Below are positions 1-8,673 of a DNA stretch of 64,000 nt, piece after piece (position 1 is the stretch's first letter; the number at the start of each line of letters is the position of its first letter). Both the position numbers and the translations under genes were made by a program. The notes under the pieces are model-generated. The model searched no databases. It was not told where the DNA came from and was given only the letters and a program-made list of their open reading frames with translations. The stretch spans positions 576,001 through 640,000 of the forward strand of contig CAXXVD010000003.1 in assembly GCA_963662335.2 (NCBI GenBank), written 5' to 3'. This DNA comes from Chloroflexota bacterium (GTDB lineage Bacteria; Chloroflexota; UBA11872; VXOZ01).

Positions 1-102
1 TTGCTCCGTGCGCCGCCCGCAGTCGGTGATGCTGTCGCCAATGAAGACGATCTTCTCGCCCGCGCCGAAACACAGTGACTGAATTGGAATATCTCCTTCC
101 AT
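1..102 (-). CDS. SGNH/GDSL hydrolase family protein, N-terminal fragment (runs off window)
   Basis: Manual minus-strand translation MEGDIPIQSLCFGAGEKIVFIGDSITDCGRRTEQ contains the block-I motif FIGDSIT. Confidence 0.8.
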   Translation of the reverse strand, partial: MEGDIPIQSLCFGAGEKIVFIGDSITDCGRRTEQ

Positions 103-425
103 CTGATGCGCCGTCGCTCACGTGCGCGGCTTCCCGCGCTGAGTGCGGCGCTTGCATCGCTCATCTTCTCTCGGAACGCAGGCTTGCAACCTGCGCCGCT
201 CCCGTGGGGCGTACACCCTTGCAGACCTAGCGAAGTATGCAGTGGCGCGCCGATTCGCCTAACAGAGACGGCACTGCGGGAGAGGATGGTTTCGGTCGCA
301 CCGCCGGCACAGTGTCAACGGAAGCGCCTCGCGGCGCAGCATACGTTGCGCTGTATCCCGGCCCGTTGGCTCGGCGGTATTGACGGTGAGTCGTCACGCC
401 CGTGTTGGGCCGGGCGGACTGTGGC

Positions 426-1088
426 CTAAGCCGGCTTTTGGCGCAGGTACATAATGACCAGGCCCAGGGAGCCGATACCCATCAGAAGGCCGTTGTAGGT
501 TTGCAGGTCGTCGTCGTAACTGGTGAGCAGGATGACGCCGCACACGATGATCAGGTTGAAGCAGACCAGCGTCGCCCTGGAGAGCCAGGGCACAGAGATT
601 TCGCGCGAAACCGCGTAGACAGCCGGCATGAACGCTCCCACGAAGGAGACAATGTAGAGCAGCAGCACCAGCGGTTGGGCATTGAAGTAGAACAACCCGC
701 GTTCCGAGAATCCCGGCTCGGATGGCGCGACAAAGGTACGCAACACGAATAGGACAAGCAAATACGCGGCGGCAATGCTCAGCGCCAGATAGCGGTTCTT
801 GGGCAGCCAAGTGTGAGTCGCTGCGTTTAGAAAGAAGAGATAGCCCGGGAAGAACAGCGCGGCGCCGGCCGAAGTCCACAAGTGCAGGTTTTCCGGGCGA
901 ATCCAGACAATAGCGGTCCACACGGCAAACGCCGCCGCGGTCCAGGCCAAGCCAATGCCAAACTGCCGGAACACGGGCGCCGGGCTAGTCGCAAACCGCC
1001 ACGCCAGAAAAGCAAAGACGAGAGTGCCAAGGAGGAAGAACCCCACAACGCCATAGTTTGGTGCTCCAGCAGCCACAGATTCTCCCAT
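426..1088 (-). CDS. Hypothetical integral membrane protein, about 7 TM helices
   Basis: ORF 426..1124 with about seven hydrophobic stretches; start placed at ATG 1088 behind GAGGAGG. Confidence 0.75.
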   Translation of the reverse strand: MGESVAAGAPNYGVVGFFLLGTLVFAFLAWRFATSPAPVFRQFGIGLAWTAAAFAVWTAIVWIRPENLHLWTSAGAALFFPGYLFFLNAATHTWLPKNRYLALSIAAAYLLVLFVLRTFVAPSEPGFSERGLFYFNAQPLVLLLYIVSFVGAFMPAVYAVSREISVPWLSRATLVCFNLIIVCGVILLTSYDDDLQTYNGLLMGIGSLGLVIMYLRQKPA

Positions 1089-1239
1089 TACTGCCTCCTC
1101 AAACGAGGTATTCGGCGTATCCAAGATTATTGGGGATTAGCCCACACACCTTCTTGGCGGCAACGGGACGCCAAACTTGGCGCACCTACTCGTGACAGGG
1201 CGCCAAGCACTCTACGACGTATGTTGTGCCTTCCAGCGA

Positions 1240-1647
1240 CTAGTAGAGGGGGTGGTCCTGTCGCAGCCAATTCACCGGCTCCACCGATTCGGCCGGCCCG
1301 GCGTCGTCCGTCAGGTCCGGCTCGATGTCCGTATCGTCGTAGATGCCTTTTATCTGATTTGATTCAAGCACCTGCATTTCCACCAGGTCGTCGAAGAAGC
1401 GTTCCAGCACCTTATAGCGGTCGTACCATTCTTCAGGGTCATCGAACTTCTCGGCCCACTCCGCGAAGTAGAGCACAACGTCGCGCACCGTAACTTCCTC
1501 GATGGTCTTGCGCACGCACATACAACGGCTGAATTCCTTGAGCCACTTGATGCGTCTGCCCGTCTCCGTCCGCGAGAGTCGCCTTTGATTAGCGAGATAG
1601 GAGGTATATATGCGAAGGACAGAATCAACATCGCTGCTACTGGCCAT
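1240..1647 (-). CDS. Small protein resembling the tyrosine-recombinase N-terminal core-binding (SAM-like) domain, with acidic tail and no catalytic domain
   Basis: Pattern YLANQRRLS..T...W L..F....EVTVRDV..Y....LERFFDDL....LESN parallels XerC/XerD N-termini; GGGAGG RBS; upstream promoter. Confidence 0.6.
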   Translation of the reverse strand: MASSSDVDSVLRIYTSYLANQRRLSRTETGRRIKWLKEFSRCMCVRKTIEEVTVRDVVLYFAEWAEKFDDPEEWYDRYKVLERFFDDLVEMQVLESNQIKGIYDDTDIEPDLTDDAGPAESVEPVNWLRQDHPLY

Positions 1648-1690
1648 CTATTGCCTCCCGGCGCGGTCATGCAAGTGAACGTACCTTTTC

Positions 1691-1720
1691 ATTCTAAGCT
1701 AATTCTAAGCATTCTGTCAA
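1691..1720 (-). promoter_or_regulatory. Sigma70-type promoter TTGACA-18-TAGAAT overlapped by two GCTTAGAAT direct repeats
   Basis: Minus strand reads TTGACAGAATGCTTAGAATTAGCTTAGAAT; repeats at 1691-1699 and 1702-1710 (11-bp period). Confidence 0.6.
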
Positions 1721-1863
1721 CCACGCGCGCAAGATTTCAAACGTTAAGGTAGCGTCGGGGAGAGCGTCGCTTCAGGCGCGGGATGCGTTCCCGCGCCGCC
1801 TATGTCATAGTATGAGGGAAGACCTCGCTCCAGCCCGAAGGTACCTGATGAACCGCAATCGCA

Positions 1864-2994
1864 ATGAGTAACGCCGTGACTCCGCCGGAGAACGCCGACG
1901 CGCCCAAGATGGGGCCGAACGCCGACGCATTCCCACCGCCGGACGGGTTTCGCCTTTCGCAACGCGCCAAGACGATCATCGTACTGAGTCTCGTTGCCGC
2001 TGCGCTCCTGTTCGTATACGGCGTGCGCGCCATCATCTGGCCGTTCATTTGGGCGGCGGTGCTGGCGTATCTGTTGGCGCCGTTGGTCACGTGGCTCTGC
2101 CAGCGCACGCGCCTGCACCGGTTCTGGGTATCGCTGCTGCTCGTGGGCTTCCTGGTTGGCCTCATCGTGCTGCTCTTCGCGTTTGGCTACCCGCCGCTGA
2201 GCCGCGAGCTTGAAGGGCTCCGCCTCAGCCTGCCGAGCATCGTACAGAATCTGGAGAGCACACTTGCCGCGTATTCTCAGATCAATCTCTTTGGCCTGGA
2301 GGGACTGATCGGCCTCTCCGGTGAACGCCTTGCCAGCGCGTTGGACGCCGCCGCCCCCACCCTGGTCGACGCCGTGCTGCACCTTGCATTGAACGTCGTA
2401 GAGCTATTCCTCAAGTTCCTGCTCTGTTTCTTCGCCACGTTCTATCTCCTGTTGGAATCGAACCGCATTGGGGCCTGGGCGCGGCGCATGGTACCCGCGC
2501 CGTACCGCCAGGAACTGGGCGCGCTTGGCGGCCAGGTCGATTACGTGCTCGGCCGCTTCCTGCGCGGCGCGCTCATGCTGGTGGCAATCATGTCGGTCGC
2601 TACCTACATCGGCCTGCGGCTTCTGGGCGTGCCCTATGCGCTGGTGCTGGCGCCGGTAGCCGGCGTGCTGGAGTTGATCCCCCTGGCTGGCCCCTTCCTG
2701 GCGGCCACGCCGGCCGTGCTGCTCGCGTTGGTCTACCCCAGCCCCTACGGGTGGTCGCCCGTGGTAAGCGCGATCGTGGTCGCGCTCATGTATACCGTAC
2801 TCCGCCTGCTCGAGGACTACCTCATCATTCCCAACGTGGTAGGGCGCTACGTGCACCTCAACCCGGTGCTGACGATCTTTGCCATTCTCGCCGGCGGCGC
2901 GTTGTTCGGCGTGTCCGGCATGTTGCTGGCTATCCCGGCGGCGGCAATTCTTCGCATCGTGTTCAACTACCTCTATCTGAAGCTCACTACCTAG
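1864..2994 (+). CDS. AI-2E family transporter
   Basis: Polytopic 376 aa; LAYLLAPLV, ELIPLAGP and LEDYLIIPNVVGRYVHLNP motifs typical of PerM/AI-2E. Confidence 0.9.
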   Translation: MSNAVTPPENADAPKMGPNADAFPPPDGFRLSQRAKTIIVLSLVAAALLFVYGVRAIIWPFIWAAVLAYLLAPLVTWLCQRTRLHRFWVSLLLVGFLVGLIVLLFAFGYPPLSRELEGLRLSLPSIVQNLESTLAAYSQINLFGLEGLIGLSGERLASALDAAAPTLVDAVLHLALNVVELFLKFLLCFFATFYLLLESNRIGAWARRMVPAPYRQELGALGGQVDYVLGRFLRGALMLVAIMSVATYIGLRLLGVPYALVLAPVAGVLELIPLAGPFLAATPAVLLALVYPSPYGWSPVVSAIVVALMYTVLRLLEDYLIIPNVVGRYVHLNPVLTIFAILAGGALFGVSGMLLAIPAAAILRIVFNYLYLKLTT

Positions 2995-3007
2995 GCCAGG
3001 CATTCAC

Positions 3008-3544
3008 ATGCGTGTACGGCGCGCGGAACGCAACGACATCGCCGCCTGCGTACGGCTGGACGCTTCCTATCAGACGCAGACCGTGTGGGCTATGGAAACC
3101 CGCTGGGAGGGCAACCGCAAGCTGGCCGGCTTCCAAGCCCGCCGCCTGCCGCGCGTCCTCACGCTGCGGCCGCCGCTCGACCCGGACGAACTGCATGAAG
3201 ACTGGCGCAACGGCGACTTCTTCTTGGTGGCGGAAGAAGACGGCGTGATCCTCGGCTATCTGGACATGGTTACGCCCCGGCGGCTGGGCAGCGGCCTCAT
3301 CCAGGGCGTCGTCGTCCGTCCCGATCTGCGGCGGCGCGGCGTCGGCTCCGCCCTGCTGCGCACCAGCGTGAATTGGGCACGGCACAACCGGCTGCAAGGG
3401 CTCTGCATGGACGTGCAGTCGCGCAACTTCCCGGCGATACAGTTCCTGCAAAAGAACGGCTTTGTTTACAGCGGGTACAATGACCGTTACTATCCAACCC
3501 AAGACGTGGCGCTCTTCTTCGTCCACCGCGTGGGCTCCACCTAG
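3008..3544 (+). CDS. GNAT family N-acetyltransferase
   Basis: V.PDLRRRGVG acetyl-CoA motif A and N.PAI.FL.KNGF motif B. Confidence 0.88.
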   Translation: MRVRRAERNDIAACVRLDASYQTQTVWAMETRWEGNRKLAGFQARRLPRVLTLRPPLDPDELHEDWRNGDFFLVAEEDGVILGYLDMVTPRRLGSGLIQGVVVRPDLRRRGVGSALLRTSVNWARHNRLQGLCMDVQSRNFPAIQFLQKNGFVYSGYNDRYYPTQDVALFFVHRVGST

Positions 3545-3653
3545 CGCCATGCCGGATGGATTCTCCAGATGTCTTGGCAAGAGTGGGCTCCGCTCGTATC
3601 CCCTCTTGCTCTGGGAGAGGGAGAGGATGGGTGATCAATACTGTCGCATTAAC

Positions 3654-3675
3654 GTAGCGCGGGGGCTTGTCCCCC
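3654..3675 (+). repeat. REP-like palindrome, GTAGCGCGGGGGCTTGTCCCCC family
   Basis: Same sequence recurs at 46985, 47022, 50754 (inverted) and 57693 onward. Confidence 0.8.
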
Positions 3676-3963
3676 ACCAGAGCTATTGAAACTGGCACGT
3701 CAAGGATTGACCTAACAGCTTCATAGGTTTCAACCTGCGCTACTGGAGATTTGAGACGCGGGTTTTGCTGCCGCTCTGTCTAATACGACAGCATTGGGAT
3801 GGACGATCGCCAACGCGCTGGCAAGGCATCACCCGCGAGGCTGGGGCGCGGCGCATATGCGCCACTAATTCCGGTGACAGGGGAATGCGAGGCCGCATCG
3901 CGCAAACCCGCGCAAGAAGACCGCGACGCCGCGCTGCAGAAACACGACCAAGGAGCAATACGC

Positions 3964-5286
3964 TTGGTGAATGACGAGAAGACGATCAACATCGGACTGA
4001 TGGGTCTCGGCGTCGTCGGGACCGGCGTCCTCCGCATCCTGCGCGCGAAGGCCCGCGTGCTCGCGCGGGAAACGGGCCGCAGCCTGCGCGTCAAGAAGAT
4101 TCTCGTGCGGGAGAAGGAGAAGGCGCGCGGCGTGGACGTGGAGTCCGCTCTGCTTACCACCAATCCCGACGACATTCTGGACGATCCGAGTATTCACATC
4201 GTGATCGAGTTGATCGGCGGCGTGGAACCGGCCTACACCTACGCCACGCGCGCGCTCCAGGCCGGCAAGCACCTGGTTACCGCCAACAAAGACGTCATGG
4301 CGGCGCACGGGCCGGAACTCCTGCGCCTGGCCAACCGGCAGGGCGTGGACGTCTACTTCGAGGCGAGCGTGGGCGGCGGCATCCCGTTGATTGGCTCGTT
4401 TCGCTCCGACCTGGTGGCCAATGAGATTCGCGAGATCTACGCCATCATCAACGGCACCACCAACTACATCCTCACCCGCATGTCGCGGGAAGGCGCGGCG
4501 CTGCCGGACGTGCTGGCCGAGGCCCAACGCCTGGGTTACGCTGAAGCCGACCCCACCAAAGACGTGGAAGGCATCGACGCCGCATTCAAGCTGGCAATCC
4601 TGGCCTCGCTGGCGTTTCGCGCGGAGGTCGATCCCGCGGCCATCTACCGCGAAGGCATCATGCAACTGGAGCCGGCCGACTTCCGCTACGCCCACGATCT
4701 GGGCTACGTCATCAAGCTGCTGGCGCTCGCCCGTCACGAAAACGGCTGCTACGAAGCGTCGGTGTACCCCGCGCTGGTGCCGCAGGCTGCGCCGCTGGCC
4801 AGCGTTGACGGCGTGTACAATGCGGTGTACGTTGTCGGCGACTTGGTGGGGAACGTGATGTTCTACGGCCGCGGCGCGGGTTCGGAGCCGACGGCCAGCG
4901 CGATCGTGGCCGACGTGATCGACGTGGCGCACAATATCATCAGCCACGTGACCAACCGCATTCCCTACACTATCGACTCCACCAAGGCCATGCGGCCCCT
5001 GGACGAGGTTGAGACCCGGTTCTACTTCCGTTTGTGGGTGAAAGACCGGCCGGGCGTGCTGGCCAAGATCGCGACGGTCTGCGGGGAGAACCACATCAGC
5101 ATCGCTTCGGTCATCCAAAAGGAGACGGACCCGGCCAACCAAACGGCGGAAATCGTAATCACGACCCACCACGCCCGCGAACGCCCGATGCAAGATGCGC
5201 TGCGCGACATCGCGGCCCTGGACGTGGTGGCCAAGGTGGCGGGATTTCTCCGCATTGTGGATCTGGGCGAGACGGCGCGGACGTGA
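3964..5286 (+). CDS. hom: Homoserine dehydrogenase with C-terminal ACT domain
   Basis: GLGVVG Rossmann motif, VTANK, EASVGGGIP, NGTTNYIL, GRGAG, ACT DRPGVL; start TTG 3964 or GTG 3967 after AGGAG. Confidence 0.96.
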   Translation: MVNDEKTINIGLMGLGVVGTGVLRILRAKARVLARETGRSLRVKKILVREKEKARGVDVESALLTTNPDDILDDPSIHIVIELIGGVEPAYTYATRALQAGKHLVTANKDVMAAHGPELLRLANRQGVDVYFEASVGGGIPLIGSFRSDLVANEIREIYAIINGTTNYILTRMSREGAALPDVLAEAQRLGYAEADPTKDVEGIDAAFKLAILASLAFRAEVDPAAIYREGIMQLEPADFRYAHDLGYVIKLLALARHENGCYEASVYPALVPQAAPLASVDGVYNAVYVVGDLVGNVMFYGRGAGSEPTASAIVADVIDVAHNIISHVTNRIPYTIDSTKAMRPLDEVETRFYFRLWVKDRPGVLAKIATVCGENHISIASVIQKETDPANQTAEIVITTHHARERPMQDALRDIAALDVVAKVAGFLRIVDLGETART

Positions 5287-5317
5287 ATGCCGCCGCCTGA
5301 GCGTGCGCAATTCCCCG

Positions 5318-5469
5318 GTAGCGCAGGTTTGTAACCTGCGCCCACCGCCTGCGAGCGGAGAAGATGGATTCCTACCCGTCATTCCGGCGCAAGCCGGAAT
5401 CCATCTTGGCCGCGGGTACCCTGGATTTCGGCTTGCACCGGAATGACGGACAGTTTCCGCAGGAATGAC
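5318..5469. repeat. Cluster of REP-like palindromes between hom and thrC
   Basis: GTAGCGCAGGTTTGTAACCTGCGC at 5318-5341; GTCATTCCGGCGCAAGCCGGAATCC at 5378 with inverted partner ending GGAATGAC. Confidence 0.8.
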
Positions 5470-5551
5470 GGGCGAACGGTGTGATAGCCTATGCTCATGG
5501 CACTGCCGCAATTGAGGCATCTGGGAATGCGGAGATGAAGGACTGTATATC

Positions 5552-6658
5552 GTGGCTTCAGACGCAGGCCCCCTGACGAAGATGGCAAGCAGCACGACTG
5601 ATGCCGCGGGCCGCAACCTGCTGGCGCACTACCGGACGTATCTACCAATTACGGAGCGCACGCCGCTCATTGGCCGGGGCGAGGGTTTCACGCCGCTGGT
5701 GCGCGCCCAGGCTCTGGAAGAGCGCGTGGGCTGCGCGGAGCTCTGGCTGAAGCTGGAAGGCTGCAATCCGACCGGCTCCTTCAAAGACCGGGGCATGGTG
5801 ATGGCGGTGGCCAAGGCGCTGGAGGAAGGCTCCCAGGCCATCATGTGCGCCTCCACCGGCAACACCAGCGCCGCCGCCGCCGCCTATGCCGCCGCCGCGC
5901 AGATAAAAGCGGTGGTGGTGGTGTCCGCCGGCAAGATTGCCCTGGGCAAACTTGCCCAGGCGCTGATCTACGGCGCGGTGGTCATCGGGCTTGACGGCAC
6001 CTTCGACGACGCCCTGCGCATTGTGCGCGAAATCACGGCCCGCAACCCGATTACGGTGGTAAACTCCATCAACCCCTACCGGCTGCAGGGACAGAAGACG
6101 GCCGCCTTCGAATGCAGTGACGCCTTGGGCGACGCGCCGGATATACTCGCCATCCCGGTCGGCAACGCCGGCAACATCACCAGCTATTGGCTGGGCTTCC
6201 GCGAGTACCACCGCGCGGGCAAGACCACCCGCCTGCCGCGCATGTGGGGCTTCGAGGCCGAAGGCGCGGCGGCGATCGTGGAAAACCGTCCCATAGACAA
6301 CCCCGACACCGTCGCCTCTGCCCTGCGCATCGGCAACCCGGCCAACTGGCAGCGCGCCGTGCGCGCCCGCGACGACTCCGGCGGCCTGATCGACACGGTG
6401 AGCGATCCCGAAATCCTGGAGGCCTACCAACTCCTGGCAGCCGGCGAGGGCATCTTTGCCGAACCGGCCTCCGCCGCCTCCATCGCCGGCGTCCTCAAGC
6501 TGGCCGCCGCCGGCGAGGTCACGCCCAGCGACCGCATCGTCTGCGTCCTCACCGGCCACGGCCTGAAAGACCCCCAAATCGCCCTGGACGTGGCAAGCGA
6601 CGTGGTGCCGGCCCCCAATGACGTGCGCGAGATCGAGAAGATACTCGACTTGCGCTAA
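5552..6658 (+). CDS. thrC: Threonine synthase
   Basis: [13 protein letters not shown]-lysine motif, [22 protein letters not shown]; follows hom. Start may be ATG 5582. Confidence 0.96.
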   Translation: MASDAGPLTKMASSTTDAAGRNLLAHYRTYLPITERTPLIGRGEGFTPLVRAQALEERVGCAELWLKLEGCNPTGSFKDRGMVMAVAKALEEGSQAIMCASTGNTSAAAAAYAAAAQIKAVVVVSAGKIALGKLAQALIYGAVVIGLDGTFDDALRIVREITARNPITVVNSINPYRLQGQKTAAFECSDALGDAPDILAIPVGNAGNITSYWLGFREYHRAGKTTRLPRMWGFEAEGAAAIVENRPIDNPDTVASALRIGNPANWQRAVRARDDSGGLIDTVSDPEILEAYQLLAAGEGIFAEPASAASIAGVLKLAAAGEVTPSDRIVCVLTGHGLKDPQIALDVASDVVPAPNDVREIEKILDLR

Positions 6659-6814
6659 CCGCAGATGACCTCTTGTAGATCACGTCATGCGCATGCGCAC
6701 TGCGAGGGGTGGGTGGCGAGCGGCACGAGACCTTCCCGCATCAACGTCAAACAGGGCGCACTCCCCGTGTAAACGCAGCGCCACAGGACGTCCGTTCATA
6801 GGAAGCAAAAGCAC

Positions 6815-6862
6815 TTGCAAGCTTGCGCCAGAATACGTATACTATGAAGTGCTATACGTATA
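6815..6862 (+). promoter_or_regulatory. TA operon promoter TTGCAA-17-TATACT with two palindromic operators
   Basis: TTGCAA 6815-6820, TATACT 6838-6843; ATACGTAT 6833-6840 and TATACGTATA 6853-6862. Confidence 0.7.
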
Positions 6863-6887
6863 CTCTCTTGGGAGGTAACAGGCCGGA

Positions 6888-7115
6888 ATGAAGCAAAAGC
6901 TCACCATCACTGTGGACGCCGAATTATTGCCGGCGGCCAAACGGTACGCCCGGTCGCGCGGCGTGTCCCTTTCGTCGTTGATCGAGCGGTCACTCAGGGA
7001 GATGGCCGGGGAGTACTCGCTGTCCTTCTCGTCTCGCTGGCGGGGTAAGTTTCAGGCGGCAGAACGTGAAGACGACCCGCGGTACGCTGCGCTCGCCGAA
7101 AAGTACCTGAGATGA
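6888..7115 (+). CDS. Ribbon-helix-helix antitoxin (DUF6364-like)
   Basis: MKQKLTITVD..L...AKRYA..RGVSLS.LIE pattern; GGGAGG RBS; overlaps the PIN gene by ATGA. Confidence 0.85.
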   Translation: MKQKLTITVDAELLPAAKRYARSRGVSLSSLIERSLREMAGEYSLSFSSRWRGKFQAAEREDDPRYAALAEKYLR

Positions 7116-7519
7116 TACTCCTCGACACCGACCTGCTCATAGACATAGCCTTGGACAGGCGTCCACACGCCGACGCGGCTGCGGAACTACTGGACCGGAT
7201 CGAGCATGGGGCGGAAGCGGCAGCAGTCGCGTGGCACTCCGTCTCGAACTTCTACTATATCGTGGCTCCGGCGCTTGGAGGGGTGGGCGCCCGGGACTTC
7301 ATTCTCGAACTGACCCGCTTCGTAGCGGTAGCGTCGGCCGGCGCCGAGGGCATTCGCTTTGCCGCCGAGTTGCCAATGGCCGACTTCGAGGACGCCATGC
7401 AAGTGGCAGCCGCCCGCGCTTGCGGGGCGCGGCACATAGTCACGAGGAACGTCAAGGACTACGAACGGTCTCCAATTCGTGCGGTTGCTCCCCAAGAGGC
7501 GCTCAGCGAACTGTTCTGA
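7112..7519 (+). CDS. PIN-domain (VapC-like) toxin
   Basis: LLDTD..ID, DFEDA.Q, IVTRN.KD PIN acidic motifs. Confidence 0.9.
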   Translation: MILLDTDLLIDIALDRRPHADAAAELLDRIEHGAEAAAVAWHSVSNFYYIVAPALGGVGARDFILELTRFVAVASAGAEGIRFAAELPMADFEDAMQVAAARACGARHIVTRNVKDYERSPIRAVAPQEALSELF

Positions 7520-7590
7520 CACCCAGTGTCCAGTCCCAACCCCATGGTTCGTTCTCCTCGGCGTAGAGGCGGTGCCTAGTTGCGACTCAC

Positions 7591-8403
7591 CTACCGCTCC
7601 CCATGCTCGCCATGCAGCCAGCGCAGGCCGCCAGGCCAGCCTTGGTTGCCCATTGTCAAGATAGCGCGATAGTAATCGTTCAATCTGCTCACCGTGTAGT
7701 CATAACGCTGCGCATCGCGCACGTAGTAGTTGACAACACCGGCTGCTGTAAACTGTTCTGGCGACGTGCACCATGCTTCCGGGCTTTTGTGCCGGTTTAC
7801 CAGTGCAGCGTCATTCATGAGTTCCCACGTGGTCGCGGGCGCGCCGTCGTCCTTGCGATAGATGACGCCCGAATTGGTGTCGACAGCGCCCCAAGTCTCG
7901 GAACGATAGACTTCGACGATAACATGGCCGTTGTACGCCGCATTGAGATTGAAGAGATTCACGATTCGACTTGGAAAGCCGGCAACTTGATACAGTGCAC
8001 ATCCCACGCGCGCCACATCGGTGCACCACTCTGAGCCTCTTTCGATGATCTGCTCTTCTGTTCCGCCGAAACGCATCGCATCCAGTCCACGTGGTCTCTT
8101 CTCGGCTAGACCTCGTGTCGTGTTCGTGATCGCACGAACCAACCGCCCGGGATCGATGACTGAGGGTTTGATTTCAGAAAGGGACTCTTCAAGAGCGGGA
8201 CGAGACCCCTTAGCGTAACCGATATGCAGGCCCGTGAATGCGTCGTATACGTAGGTAGCAGTATCTTCGCAGAGCCTAATCATGCCCGCTGCGAGTTCAC
8301 GATCGACACTTCCCGGAGCATGCGTGTCGTTTTTGAGCATGTATTGGTACGCGCTGCCAAACGCCTTGGGGCCTGTAAATGGTGCAAGTTCCAACATCGC
8401 CAT
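7591..8403 (-). CDS. Transglutaminase-like domain protein
   Basis: Cys-His-Asp triad pattern WCTDVAR...AGFPSR...GHVIVEVY...W..VD. Confidence 0.8.
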   Translation of the reverse strand: MAMLELAPFTGPKAFGSAYQYMLKNDTHAPGSVDRELAAGMIRLCEDTATYVYDAFTGLHIGYAKGSRPALEESLSEIKPSVIDPGRLVRAITNTTRGLAEKRPRGLDAMRFGGTEEQIIERGSEWCTDVARVGCALYQVAGFPSRIVNLFNLNAAYNGHVIVEVYRSETWGAVDTNSGVIYRKDDGAPATTWELMNDAALVNRHKSPEAWCTSPEQFTAAGVVNYYVRDAQRYDYTVSRLNDYYRAILTMGNQGWPGGLRWLHGEHGER

Positions 8404-8626
8404 ACCGACAGAGTTTCCTGATAGGGGGGCCGGGCAATATCTGTCTCATTGGAGACCTTTGCGATCTCCCTCTCGGGATCAAGGGAGGAGTGCGGGATGA
8501 GCGTGAAGGATGGTTCTACAGCTATTGGTCGCAATCTATCCACGCGCTACTTAAATCCGGCGTACGTCGGAATGACCGGGTGAATTGGGGGTCTCCAATC
8601 GTGAAATTGGTAATCGTCTACGTCTT

Positions 8627-8652
8627 AGATTCCTCGCTTCGCTCGGAATGAC
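8627..8652 (-). repeat. REP-like palindrome, GTCATTCCGAGCG(C/A)AGCGAGGAATCT family
   Basis: Inverted copy of the element seen at 19395, 20544, 35265 and 37089. Confidence 0.8.
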
Positions 8653-8673
8653 AGGTAACATCAACACTGCCGC

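Noticed and set aside
426-1088. Microbial rhodopsin or heliorhodopsin
   Set aside because: No retinal-binding lysine in the last TM helix.
3745-3963. T-box or riboswitch leader upstream of hom-thrC
   Set aside because: No T-box (AAGGTGGNACCGCG), SAM or lysine riboswitch consensus visible, and no Thr-rich leader peptide.
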